The position numbers were made by a program, and so were the translations under genes. Source: Candidatus Bathyarchaeota archaeon (lineage in GTDB: Archaea; Thermoproteota; Bathyarchaeia; Bathyarchaeales; Bathycorpusculaceae). Taken from it: a stretch of DNA of 64,000 nucleotides. Below are positions 29,639 to 40,521 of the stretch, one piece after another (positions within the stretch are counted from its first letter, which is position 1; the number at the start of each line of letters is the position of its first letter). The stretch is from NCBI GenBank assembly GCA_963832745.1, contig CAWHVC010000001.1, positions 608,001-672,000 on the forward strand, read 5' to 3'. The notes beneath the pieces were generated by a model. It was not told where the DNA came from. It was given only the letters and a program-made list of their open reading frames with translations, and searched no databases.

Positions 29639-30731
29639 TGAATTCTTCCTCCAAAATTTTCAGCAATTCAGTTACGGGATTATCCCACGAAAAACCGTCT
29701 GCGTACTCTAGAGCATTTTTAGAAAGTTCAAGCTTAAAAGCGTTATCTTTAATGACCCTGATAAGCCCTTCCGCTAAAGCCTCAATACTGCCGTCTACAA
29801 CTAGCAGCCCTGTCTTGCCATCCTGCACAGAATCCCTTAAACCCGCAACATTGTAAGCTACCGTTGGCACACCAAGCGCCGCCGCCTCAACCACATTCAA
29901 ACCCCAGCCTTCCCGAACACTTGGATTCACCAAAACCCATGATTCCATAATACGTTTGCGGCGTTCCTCACTTGACAAGTAACCCAAAAACCTGACACCC
30001 TCTCCGCCTATTTTTTCCAATTTGCTTTTGAAATCGCCGTCTCCAATCAGCCACAACTCAACCTCAGGAATACTCTTTTTTACAATCTTGAAAGCCTCAA
30101 CAGCGTGGTCTGGACGTTTAGCACGTTTCAAGCGTCCAGCGTAAACAATAACCGATTGCCGAGTTTTTGAGGAGGGTTCTTTTAATGGTTCAAAATTTAA
30201 TCCTTCGTGAACGATGAACACTTTTTTGAAGCCGTAACGTAGCAAATCCTGTTTTGTACTGTTAGAAACTGTCACTGTAGGGGTATTCACGTATTGTTTT
30301 AGCCATCTTTTTTCAAAAAAATGGTAGCCAAAAAAACTTACTACCAGCGGAGTTTCGTAGAACCAGTATTCTTTTGCGGTTTGGTGAATAAGAGCGACCA
30401 CTTTTTCGTTGTTTCTTGTAAATTTGTGAGCAAAAAAGGGAACAGTGTTTATCTCGTCAATAACTACGTCAAAGTTTTCTTTGCTGAAACGTTTCTTGTA
30501 GTACCGTTTAGCCTGCAAGTAAACCGTGTATTTTCCGCCTGCCCTAACTATCTGCACGCCATCCACAATTTCTTCGTTTTTAGACCCGGGGTATCTAGAG
30601 GTGAACAGAGTAACCTTATGCCCAAGCTTTACCAATCTGCTGCAGACTTCATGCGTGAAGACTTCGGCTCCGCCCATTTCGGGGTTAAGCCAGCAACGCC
30701 AGTTAAAAATCAGGATGTTTAGGGATTGCAT
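29631..30731 (-). CDS. Glycosyltransferase family 4
   Basis: GGAE, GRLKRAKR, EGWGLNVVEA. Confidence 0.92.
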   Translation of the reverse strand: MQSLNILIFNWRCWLNPEMGGAEVFTHEVCSRLVKLGHKVTLFTSRYPGSKNEEIVDGVQIVRAGGKYTVYLQAKRYYKKRFSKENFDVVIDEINTVPFFAHKFTRNNEKVVALIHQTAKEYWFYETPLVVSFFGYHFFEKRWLKQYVNTPTVTVSNSTKQDLLRYGFKKVFIVHEGLNFEPLKEPSSKTRQSVIVYAGRLKRAKRPDHAVEAFKIVKKSIPEVELWLIGDGDFKSKLEKIGGEGVRFLGYLSSEERRKRIMESWVLVNPSVREGWGLNVVEAAALGVPTVAYNVAGLRDSVQDGKTGLLVVDGSIEALAEGLIRVIKDNAFKLELSKNALEYADGFSWDNPVTELLKILEEEFNE

Positions 30732-31464
30732 GTTGGTACCACTTGCGTATTCTAAGTCTGTATGCTATGCCTAATAGGTCTTTTAGCATATGCCACGTTG
30801 ACTTAAACGTGAACAACTCTGTTACTTCCAAATCAACAGGAATTTCCTTTACTTTTAAGCCATAAATTTGGGCCAAAACTATCAATTCAACATCAAAAGC
30901 GTAACGTTTAACGCATAAACGTTCAAACACATCCAAGAAAGCCTGCCGTTTTAGTGCTTTTATCCCTGTCTGGGTGTCGCTTACTTTTACGCCCGTTAAC
31001 AGCCTAGCAAGCATGTTAAAAGCATGGCTAAGCATTTTTCGAACCAGCGGAACTTTAACCTGAGAGTCGGGATGCCATTTTGAACCGATGACTATGTCAG
31101 CCCCATTTAAACCATCAAGAAAACGTTGAATCTGTTTTGCGTCAATGTCGGAGTCGCCGTCGAAAAAAACGATTGCGTCGCCTTTGGATTTTTTGAAACC
31201 AGTTTTGATGGCGTAACCTTTTCCAACATTATTACGGTAACTTATTACTTTAATGTAATTCTTGTTTGAACCATAATTTTTGGCTTTCAAGCAAGTGTCA
31301 TCGATGCTTCCGTCGTCAACAATGAGAATTTCGTATGGTAACTCTTTGTTTGCTAAATTGTAGTCTATCCGTTCAAGAGTGTTTTGTATTAATTTACTTT
31401 CGTTATAAGCTGGAACAACAAGTGACACAGTTGGAATATTTGGAAGCTGAAAGAGCTTACTCAT
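30703..31464 (-). CDS. Glycosyltransferase family 2 (dolichyl-phosphate sugar synthase-like)
   Basis: PAYNE, VDDGSIDDT, GKGYA, DGD, DTQTGIK, FDVE. Confidence 0.9.
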   Translation of the reverse strand: MSKLFQLPNIPTVSLVVPAYNESKLIQNTLERIDYNLANKELPYEILIVDDGSIDDTCLKAKNYGSNKNYIKVISYRNNVGKGYAIKTGFKKSKGDAIVFFDGDSDIDAKQIQRFLDGLNGADIVIGSKWHPDSQVKVPLVRKMLSHAFNMLARLLTGVKVSDTQTGIKALKRQAFLDVFERLCVKRYAFDVELIVLAQIYGLKVKEIPVDLEVTELFTFKSTWHMLKDLLGIAYRLRIRKWYQHAIPKHPDF

Positions 31465-31556
31465 TTTACATCAACTCACTTTTTTGACAGGTCATACTCA
31501 GCTGGCCGTCAAAGCTGAAAAACAAAAAGAGGGGTAAAAAAGGGGCTAATTTCTTC

Positions 31557-34500
31557 TTAACTTGCCAGTGTTGGTGAAGAAGGCGTGTTACCGATTACCG
31601 GTGACCATGTCGACTGCACGTTTGTATTCACGGTTACGCTGCAATGCCACAAGCTACCGCCGTCTTGACTTCTCACGACTAACTCAAGTGTACCGTCTAT
31701 GATTGTTGCTGCTGGACTGTCACATGTTAAACCGTTTTCTGTTGCTGACCAGCCTTGCCACGTACCGCTGAGCATCTTGTTGATAAATATGCGGTTATCT
31801 AATCCTTTGACAACCATAAATACAGAGTCTGCAGACGCTGTTAATGCCGGCGTAGAATCTGTTAATCCTGAAATCGGTGTCCATCCGTTGAAAATGTTGT
31901 TGTTCAAGTTAATGCTGGTGTACCAAAGCGTCTGGTTATCTATTGGGTATTCTGTGCCATAGCCCCGAATCACCAGATACAGAGTGTTGCCGTAGACTGC
32001 TATGCTTGGGCTGTCACACGTTGCCCCCGCCAATGCATACCAACCGCTCCAAACGTTAGTGTTGATGTTGTAGGTTCGATAGTAAACTCTGTTGTCTAAG
32101 CCTTTTACTGCCAAAATCAAATGTGTACCGTTAGAAGCAAGCGATGGAGCCGCCGTGCCTAAGCCAGTTATAGGTGTCCAGCCTGAGAAGCTTTTGTCTT
32201 GAAGATTAATCGAACCAAGCCATAAACTATTTCCATCTGAACCACACACTGCAAAGTAGAGTTTGCCGTTGCTGACTGTTATGCTTGGACTGTCAAGAGT
32301 TAACCCGTTTGACAAAATATTCCAGCTACTAAAAGAATCAAAAGTTTTGTCATACTCAGCGTAATAAATTTCGTTGCTTGCCCCTCGAACACTCAGGTAC
32401 GCTTTTGAAGATGTTGGAGTCGCTGTGGAGTCTATTGTTATATCATCCATGTAAACGGTTACGGGGGAATTGTTTACCCAGTAGACAACGCCGAAACGTG
32501 CGCTTGCAATTACGTTAGCTGCACTTGTATCTTGATTTACCGCTGCCACTTCAACGTCATTAATTTTTAGTACCAATGTTTCTCCTGTTGCTGCATGAGT
32601 GAAGTATACTTCAATTTTGTACCATACACCTTCTGTTGGCGCCGGAACGCTTGCACCTGCTACCACATAGGGCCATCCAGCATACTGTAATGCCCAATGC
32701 GTGCCTGAAGAGTCAGCGCGAATACCAAAAGAGCCTAATGAATTAGCACCTGAGTCTACAAACTGTACAAGCCATAGTGCTTCCCCATTAGCTAAGGGTA
32801 AACCATCAGCGATGTAAACGTAAGAGGTTGAACTTACCTCTGATAAACTGTTAAGATTCGTGTAGGCATATGCCCGTCTTGTACCTGTCCCGTCAGAAAC
32901 GCTAAATTGTCCACTGTAGGCTCCACTGTGAACGGGATTTGAAGACGGTATTAAGGATCCGCCTGTTGTTGTGATTGTTCCCGTCCACGGGTCAAAGTTG
33001 CCCGACTCAAAGCCGTTTTCAAAAATGTGTTGACTTGGAGTCTTTGGAGTGAAAACTGCGGTTAACTGGTAATTTGCGTTCATAGTTACGCTACAGGGAT
33101 TTGCTGAACTGTAGTCTATTCCGTTTAGTAGCCATTGGTCAAACTGGTAGTCTTGCCCAGAAATTGCGGTGACCTGTGCTGTTGTACCTGAAGTATATGA
33201 ATAAGTTCCTGCTGTTGGGTTGGTTGTACCGAAACCTTGAACACCAATGTTAAGGTTGTATTGAGTGCCTGTACCTTGAATAATGGTTACGGTGTTGGTG
33301 TTTTTTGATATGCCGTCTTCTTTTCCATCGTTGGGGGTTACTTGGCAACGCCATTGGTCGCCTATGGTTAGGTCGCTGCTGGGGACAGCTGATGAACTGG
33401 TTAAGCCGTTGCGGGTTTCCTGATATCTTTGGTTAATCATTGCTGCGGAGAGTTCTGTTGGGTAAACTCTTATTTCGTCAAGGTACCCCACGAAGTCGTT
33501 GCCGCTGTTAAAGCCTATCTGCAGTGGGGAACCAGCCGTTCCGTTTATGTTTCCAACAATTGCCGTATTCAGATCGTAAGCGCGCTGTGCACCGTCAACG
33601 TAGATTCTTAGTCCTGTGCCTGATTTGTAGGTGCATACAACGTGGTGCCAATCGGTTACTGAGGGGGTTTGGTTAAACTTCAAAGTGTAAGTAACGTTTC
33701 CCGAGCATACATACCAAGTAAATTCAAGCTGCTGCAAAGCATTATTCCTGACGTCTACACGGTAAGAATTGATTGTTCTAGGCGAGTAAAGGTCAGGTTT
33801 CCAAATCAAACGTTCATTTTGTCCTGCGGTTGGCGATTTAATCCAGAATTCCAAGCTCATCTGAGACCAAGTTCCGCTTCCGCCCAAACTGTTGCTTTGC
33901 TCCCTAACAGTTACAAAGTCGTCGCCGTCAAAGTATAATGCGCCGCCTACAACACCGTTTGGAACCCATGTTGCTCCATAGATTGTTCCGTTATTGCCTC
34001 TGCCCGAGTAGTCTCTTGTAGTTGCGGTTCCACTGTAAACTTGTGTGCTGTCAGGTTGAGTGTCAAATGGCAGATTTATGCTGGTTATGGATTGACCGTT
34101 CTTGTACCAATTGTAAATGTTTGTCACTTTGTTCCCGTTAATGTCAGCTGTTGTTTGGTTGGCGCTTACCAGGTTTTGTTGGATAGAGTTGCCGCTGATA
34201 CTTGGTGTGCCTTGTGTCGGAGGCGTGTTTGTAATGTAGGGTGCAGTTGTGAACATGAAGTTGTGGCTTGTAGTGCGTCCTGAAGTGTCTGTTGCGTTTA
34301 CTTGCCACCGGTAGGTTGTAGCTGGAGCTAACCCGTTTACTGATAGGGTTTGTATGCCGTTGCCCACGTTTGTTTCGCTTCTTGAACCTATGTTAGGCGT
34401 GGTTGTAACTGTAAAGCTCATTCGTTGATCCAGAGGATGGTTAAGTCTAAATGATAACTGGTTAAGGCTAGTTGAAACATTGACTGCCCCAAAGGCTGGG

Positions 34501-36033
34501 GAGACTAAACTGACATCTGGCCATGGTCTATCGTAAGGTACATATTCTGAAGCGCCGTTTCGGCTTTCACCATAGTTTTGGACTTCTGTTCTTGCTCTTG
34601 GATTGGGAGCTATGCCGGGAGTGTCAAAACAGTATATTACGCCGCCCTGTGTCAACACAAGTAGCTCGTTTAAGCCGCCGTCGTTACGGTCAACATCTTG
34701 GACTACTGTGTCGATGGCTCGGTGGCGTAGGCCGGTGTTAACGTATTCGAGGTTTCCATTTTTATCATACACTTGAACTGTACCGTTGTCTGAATTGTTT
34801 ATGTAATCAAAAGTTGTAATTATAATATCCATGGCTCCATCGCCGGTTACTTCGCCAACGGTGGGTCCTTTCCAAGAACGCCCTCCTACTAGTGTAGTAT
34901 CAATTGAAAGGTCAAGTCGCCAGTTATACAAGTCCCAGACAGTGACGTAATCAAATTCGCCTTCAAAGCCATCACCGCTCAAGATTTCTAAACTGCCGTC
35001 GCTGTCAATATCATAAATGGATGATTGGTAATGGTTATGTCTGCCAGGTATGTTTGTCTGCAAAAGTGTTGTGCCCGCAGCGTTTTTCAAGGGGTGTCCA
35101 TCGGTAGAGTTTAGGACGCAGACGCCTGCGCTTAAATCGGTGGAAACTACGTCTTGTATGCCGTCCTTGTTAACGTCAGCAAGCATTGGTTTGTTGCTGC
35201 CTAGCTCCCCAATCGTAGACACGCCACCTGAGTGTGAGATTGTTTGCCCAAAAAGAGGTTAAGCCTCCGCCCCAGGCGCCGTCACCAAAGTAGACGTCGC
35301 GTTCGTTCATGTATAACTCGTAAGTACCATCATTATCTGTATCACCAAGCGATAAACCACCAGCACAAGGATGCCAAACTTGGACGCGCCCACGTTCAAC
35401 AATTGTGCCGGTTGAGGGGTTGTATTCATAGTGTATGATTTTTCCTGTCGTAGGTTGCTCTTCATAAGCCATCACACCTAGAAAGAGATCTGGATAACCG
35501 TCTGCGTCTGTGTCTCCCGCAACTGGGCCTGAATCAACTCTACCGCCTCCTAAATTGGTGGCGGAAAACATGACACTGCCATCTGTTGCATGAAGAATGT
35601 ATACGCCTGCTGGCTGTTGAAGGGGTACAACGATTTCAAGGTTACCGTCATTATCCATGTCTACCATTTGGGGTTGACATGTATCGCCTACGTTAGGAAT
35701 TGTTCTTGTCCAAATCTGTTGTCCTGTCCTGCCGTTAAGGCAAGTTACTCTGCCGCCGTCATTTGGGGCTACTGAACCGCCTGCATGGAAGATTTCTTCG
35801 CCGGGATGTGCCGCGTCAGTTAATACGTCAGCTGTTAGTAGTGCTTCTCCGCCGCCAGCTACGTAACCTGTCCATTTTAAAGTGTATTGTTGTGGAGCCG
35901 CCGCCGTGGCGGGTGAACTGTTGATGATTGGTATAAGAAATGAAACTGTAAGTGTTATCACTACAAGTAATGCTTTAGTTTTTGCAGAATTTAGATTAAA
36001 AAATGAGCTATTTTCAATTTTATTAAAAAACAT
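31557..36033 (-). CDS. ~1490-aa secreted paralog of 18648-22931 with an extra InlB-B/Flg_new-like repeat; one frameshift near 35200
   Basis: Near-identical blocks (QVWHPCAGGLSLGDTDNDGTYELYMNERD); removing one G in GCTAGGCAGC restores WGASSNKPML, matching the paralog. Confidence 0.85.
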
Positions 36034-36107
36034 TTGTTAATTTCTCCTTGCAAAAAAGCAAAGTAGCTATCGATTGAATACTGAGGTAGCTAACTTGATA
36101 TAAACAA

Positions 36108-36120
36108 ATGTGATTGTCAA
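36108..36120 (-). promoter_or_regulatory. TTRACAATCACAT motif directly upstream of a TATA box
   Basis: ATGTGATTGTCAA, 3 nt from ATATAAA (36098-36104); 12/13 match at 42340. Confidence 0.55.
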
Positions 36121-36169
36121 CTCACAGCAACAAACAAGCCGTTGTTCAACTTATTTTGTGCCAGACAGT

Positions 36170-37984
36170 TTAGTGCTGAACGGCAGGGTTAACAGTGTCT
36201 GCTTTAACGTAAATATCAAATTTTCCGTTAGAGTAGACATAATTATACAGGTAATCCTCAGTTAGGCTACTGCTCAAAGCTGTGTACGTGTTGTTGCTAA
36301 ACGATAAATCCTGACGCATCGCCATAAGATAATACGTGTTAATTCTCAGAACAACTACATCGGGCGATTGACGGGTAAGATCAGGTGGAAAACCCAGCAG
36401 ATTAAGCCCCTTTGCCAAGTTCGCATAAGAAGCAAGCTGCTGGTCGTTTGTCATGCTTAAAGTTTCTTTTGAGAGATCAATGTTGTTAACTAAAAAGTTG
36501 AGTCCCAAATTTGCCGAAGGCGTAAAAGTATTGTAAGCTTCTTTGCTGTACGAAACAATTGGGAAAGTGCAAACTAGGAAAATAATAAACAAGAATACTG
36601 CGGAAATTTTTATTTTCACATGTTTAATGTCTGGCCCAACAATATATGACGCTAAGCATATAGAGCCCATTAGCAGAAAGAAAATCAGGCCTCTTCCTAA
36701 AAGATATCTTTCTCCTGATGAGGAAAAAAGCAGGTAACTCATAATGCCTGAACCAACCGCTGTTAACGTTAAGGTTAACCGCAGAGAAACCATTTTTCCG
36801 TCGTTTTTTTGTCGGTTTCTTAGTTTGAACAAGTTAACTGCAAGAATACTTAAAGTTGTAACAAGAAATATACCGTATATCAAAAGACTAAGCTGGCTTA
36901 TCTCTGGATAAATAAACCCTTGTCCACCAGTTGTCCACTCAAAACCCTTGACTAGATTTGTAAGGAAACTTAGATCAAAAACGTGCGACATAGAAGCGTC
37001 TACACCGATATAGCTTGGCGCTGCCATAAAAATGGTCCAAAGCCACCATGCGTCAACTAAGAAAATCAGCATTAACGGAATCTGAAACGTCCGCCTAACT
37101 ATATGATGAACTTTAAACGTTAGGCTGTTAAACTTTTCATTTTTAAGCGGCTTGCTTGTTAACAAATTAGCTGAATGCACCATCATCGAGTTTTTCCCAA
37201 ATAGTAGGTTTACAAATAAAACGGCGAAAAGGTAAATGCCCAAAAAGAGGGGAGAAATAGGATGTGTCAGTATAACGGCTACAATCAAAAATATGCTTGA
37301 AAGTAACGCTTTAGCGCCTTTGTATGTCAAAAGAACTAGTGATGCAAGCAAGAGTACAGTTCCTGTAGCGAAAGGTGAAACATGTGGTTCAATATAGTGA
37401 AGTGTGGGTAAAGCAAGCATCAGTGCTAAGAAAGCGGTTTTTCTGTTAAAAATTCTTGAAGTAAAAAAGTAAGCTAAACTGGAAATTAGGATGATGCAGA
37501 TCGGGGGAAAAATGTACAAGGTGTACGTAAAGGTGTCTATGGAAAACAAGTTTTCAACAAGATAAGTGATTATGAAGGAGAAAGGGTAACTTTGGCCATA
37601 TTCGGTTAGGGAGAAATTGGCGCCTGAGAGTATAGATGGTATATAGCTTGCAACGCCTCCATGCCAAAGGCTGTCTGGACTCCATGAAAAGCCGCCTACC
37701 AAAAAAGGCGTATAGTACAACATCAACGCTAGTTGGGCAAGCAGCAAAACGTGCAGCCATAAGGAGCTTTTTTGACGCAGAAAAACAACAAAACATACGC
37801 CTATAAATCCTGCCAGTATAATCCAAAAGTAAGGAAACAGCACGTTTATCATTGCAAGCGGGTCAGTCAGGGTTAAGGCGTCATAGTTAGAAGCTGCATT
37901 TACGACTAACAGAAGCCAAGAAAGAAATATGGCTGTTGCAATCAACGCTAGAAACTGCGGTTTCTTAATTACGTCCATAATCAT
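36170..37984 (-). CDS. Polytopic membrane protein (GT-C/Wzy-like)
   Basis: More than 12 TM, SPDSLWH, YP, THPIS motifs; glycan locus. Confidence 0.65.
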   Translation of the reverse strand: MIMDVIKKPQFLALIATAIFLSWLLLVVNAASNYDALTLTDPLAMINVLFPYFWIILAGFIGVCFVVFLRQKSSLWLHVLLLAQLALMLYYTPFLVGGFSWSPDSLWHGGVASYIPSILSGANFSLTEYGQSYPFSFIITYLVENLFSIDTFTYTLYIFPPICIILISSLAYFFTSRIFNRKTAFLALMLALPTLHYIEPHVSPFATGTVLLLASLVLLTYKGAKALLSSIFLIVAVILTHPISPLFLGIYLFAVLFVNLLFGKNSMMVHSANLLTSKPLKNEKFNSLTFKVHHIVRRTFQIPLMLIFLVDAWWLWTIFMAAPSYIGVDASMSHVFDLSFLTNLVKGFEWTTGGQGFIYPEISQLSLLIYGIFLVTTLSILAVNLFKLRNRQKNDGKMVSLRLTLTLTAVGSGIMSYLLFSSSGERYLLGRGLIFFLLMGSICLASYIVGPDIKHVKIKISAVFLFIIFLVCTFPIVSYSKEAYNTFTPSANLGLNFLVNNIDLSKETLSMTNDQQLASYANLAKGLNLLGFPPDLTRQSPDVVVLRINTYYLMAMRQDLSFSNNTYTALSSSLTEDYLYNYVYSNGKFDIYVKADTVNPAVQH

Positions 37985-37987
37985 CGT

Positions 37988-39313
37988 TTACGTCACAACA
38001 GTAGTCTTAAGATCCGACCAGACAGAATTCAGTTTTCCAGTTTTAGACAAAGCAATTTCGTCTACAAATGAAATGTTGAATTTCACTTCACCCGTCGTGA
38101 TTTTTAGAAATTCTTCTAGGTGCTTCTCAAACTCGGCGGAAACTTGGTAAGGGTTAAGTTTTAATGGAGAGGCCATTTTCAAGTAGACTTCAAAATAGTC
38201 AACGCTTTTTTGGTGGATTCTGTATTGGTCTATATCATTGTAGTGTTTAAATCGGCTGACCGCAAAGTTAAACACCATTGGAGACAAAACACGGTTTCCC
38301 GGAAGCATCAGAAAAGAGTCCTTGCGACCCTCAACTATCTTCATCAAGGGCAAACTGCGTCCACATACACAGGCCTCATCTGAAGGTACACCTATGTCCC
38401 CGATGGAATACCTGATAAACGGCATTGAAAAATTGAACAAACTCGTATAAGTAACCATTCCGCGTTCGCCGGGTGCAACGGGTTCACCGTTTTTGTCCAA
38501 AAACTCGGTTATTACGCTGTCAACATCCATGTGATAACCATCGCGTTCGAGGCATTGCCATGCCGACCGGTCAATTTCGGCGCAACCGAACTGATCGCAG
38601 TATGGAGCTTCGAAAGCGTCTTCGACGTATTTGCGGGATTCAAGATCAATAAACTCGGCGTTTCCTAAAACAAGGTGTGGCTTGATTGTTTTTAGTCCTT
38701 GCCGTTTTACTTCTTTGGCGAGCATTACCAGTGAACCTGAGTACCCATCTAGAATGTTAGGTTTTGAATCGCTGATCAGTTTTAGCTTTTGGTCCGTTGA
38801 TTCAAAAAGTGAAATGCAGTTTTGGGCGTAAAAACCTATTTTTCGTTGTAGTCCTGTGGTGTCCTTAAAATGAGTCTGTGACGTCAATACCACCCAGTTG
38901 TCTCTTGCTTTTTGTCCGCAGGCAATGTTTGCTCGCATGTAGATTGCTTTTCTCCATGCATCCTCTGTTGAGTTAATGTACACTTCAAAGGGGGTTCCAG
39001 TTGAACCGCTGGTTTTGACCCTCTTTAACTTGTTAAGGTCAAAGTTTGAAGAAACAATTTGACTTGACGGTTGCTTCTTGAATTCTTCCTTTTTAACAAC
39101 TGGAAGTTTGTGTAAGTCCTCAATTTTTCGGATACTGTCAACATCAACGCCCGCGTTTTTGAAGTATTCATGGTAGAATGGCACGGTTTCGTAAGCGTTC
39201 TTAACTATCATGCGGAATTTTTTGTCCTGATACTTTTTTAGCCGTTTTTTATCCCAATGCAAACGTCTGTTAGCTAAACCTAAAAAGTATAGCACTTTAA
39301 CGATGTTTACCAT
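37988..39313 (-). CDS. Phenylacetate-CoA ligase family protein (CapK-like)
   Basis: AYETVPFY, TSGSTG, FGCAE, MPFIRYSIGD, GRKD, TGKL. Confidence 0.88.
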   Translation of the reverse strand: MVNIVKVLYFLGLANRRLHWDKKRLKKYQDKKFRMIVKNAYETVPFYHEYFKNAGVDVDSIRKIEDLHKLPVVKKEEFKKQPSSQIVSSNFDLNKLKRVKTSGSTGTPFEVYINSTEDAWRKAIYMRANIACGQKARDNWVVLTSQTHFKDTTGLQRKIGFYAQNCISLFESTDQKLKLISDSKPNILDGYSGSLVMLAKEVKRQGLKTIKPHLVLGNAEFIDLESRKYVEDAFEAPYCDQFGCAEIDRSAWQCLERDGYHMDVDSVITEFLDKNGEPVAPGERGMVTYTSLFNFSMPFIRYSIGDIGVPSDEACVCGRSLPLMKIVEGRKDSFLMLPGNRVLSPMVFNFAVSRFKHYNDIDQYRIHQKSVDYFEVYLKMASPLKLNPYQVSAEFEKHLEEFLKITTGEVKFNISFVDEIALSKTGKLNSVWSDLKTTVVT

Positions 39314-39324
39314 TTCGTTACCTC

Positions 39325-40521
39325 CTATTTGTTAACGTCTAAATGAATGCGTGTTTTGCGGTCTATCGTTTTCCAGTAGACTGATTTTCTAAATGATGAA
39401 AATAATCCGATAACCAGGTAGAATTGGTGAAGAATAAAACTTGACAGAAAACCGCCAATAGGCTTAACCGCGAACGAGGAAACCGACGTCATTATCAGGA
39501 CTGTTCCAGCTAAAGTGTAAAGCCAAACATCCTGTGCAAACACAACATAGCTTACAAGGAACGCTGAACCAGCAATAAAGAGTACTGGGCATAAACCGAG
39601 CATGAGAAGTTTTAAGGGAAAAACGATTCGCCCGAACGCGCCATATTTGCTGTCAAGCGTTATATCGCGGTTCCGTATGAAAACTTGCAGGAGCCTTTTT
39701 GCCCTGCGAATTTTTTGAAGCCTATGTTCCTTTAGGTTTTCGGGTGAAGGCTCAAACACGATTGCGTTAGGATTATAGATAAACCGGTAGCCCTGTCGAA
39801 TTACGTTTATCGCGATGTTTCCATCTGTGCTGCCGTAGTCTTTCGGAATGGGTGAAGAAACCTTTGATTTGTCATAAACTATCAAGGGTCCGTTTCCAGG
39901 AAAAGCCGAGTGAAGAGCGCTTTCGGCAAGCATGGATTCATGATAGAAACCTCTGTATGATGTTTCACTTCTTTGAGCAACTCCTTGCCCCTCGAAGACC
40001 GGCTGAATATAACCTGTCACTCCACCTGCATTCTTAAAACCCTTCAAGGCGCTGACAGCGTTTCTTAACGCATTCTTTTCCAGCAGAACATCAGAGTCAG
40101 TAATGCAAACCAGGTTATTTTCGGCTTTTGTTACTGCATCATTAAGTGACCTGTTTAAGCCCATGCGGTTTAGGTTACGGATTACTTTCCCGTAGAGCAT
40201 TTTTTCTTTTATCTTTTTTTCAGCTATTTCAGCGGTGCCATCGCTTGATGCGTCATCGTAAACTAACACTTCCAGTTTATCTTTTGGATAGTTTAGTTCT
40301 GAAATGTTGTCGATTTTTCGTTCGATAACTTTTGCTTCATTAAAAGTTGAGACGATAATTGAAACGTTCGATAAATTAGCGTCAGCTGTGCCCTGAAAGG
40401 TCTGTAGTGACTTCAAAAAGTCAGCGATTGATTCTTTACGTTTTAAAACAAAACCAAAATACAAACCGTAAACTGCCGCTGCAGTTGAAATCAGTGCTAG
40501 GCCTAACGCTAAAAAAATCAA
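39325..40521 (-). CDS. Membrane glycosyltransferase family 2 (CESA-like)
   Basis: FNE, DDASSDGT, TDSD, QKIRR (QxxRW-like), N- and C-terminal TMs. Confidence 0.85.
   Translation of the reverse strand: MIFLALGLALISTAAAVYGLYFGFVLKRKESIADFLKSLQTFQGTADANLSNVSIIVSTFNEAKVIERKIDNISELNYPKDKLEVLVYDDASSDGTAEIAEKKIKEKMLYGKVIRNLNRMGLNRSLNDAVTKAENNLVCITDSDVLLEKNALRNAVSALKGFKNAGGVTGYIQPVFEGQGVAQRSETSYRGFYHESMLAESALHSAFPGNGPLIVYDKSKVSSPIPKDYGSTDGNIAINVIRQGYRFIYNPNAIVFEPSPENLKEHRLQKIRRAKRLLQVFIRNRDITLDSKYGAFGRIVFPLKLLMLGLCPVLFIAGSAFLVSYVVFAQDVWLYTLAGTVLIMTSVSSFAVKPIGGFLSSFILHQFYLVIGLFSSFRKSVYWKTIDRKTRIHLDVNK

Noticed and set aside
18648-36033. Diversity-generating retroelement acting on the paralogous lectin-like genes
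   Set aside because: No reverse transcriptase in the window, and paralog differences are not adenine-specific.
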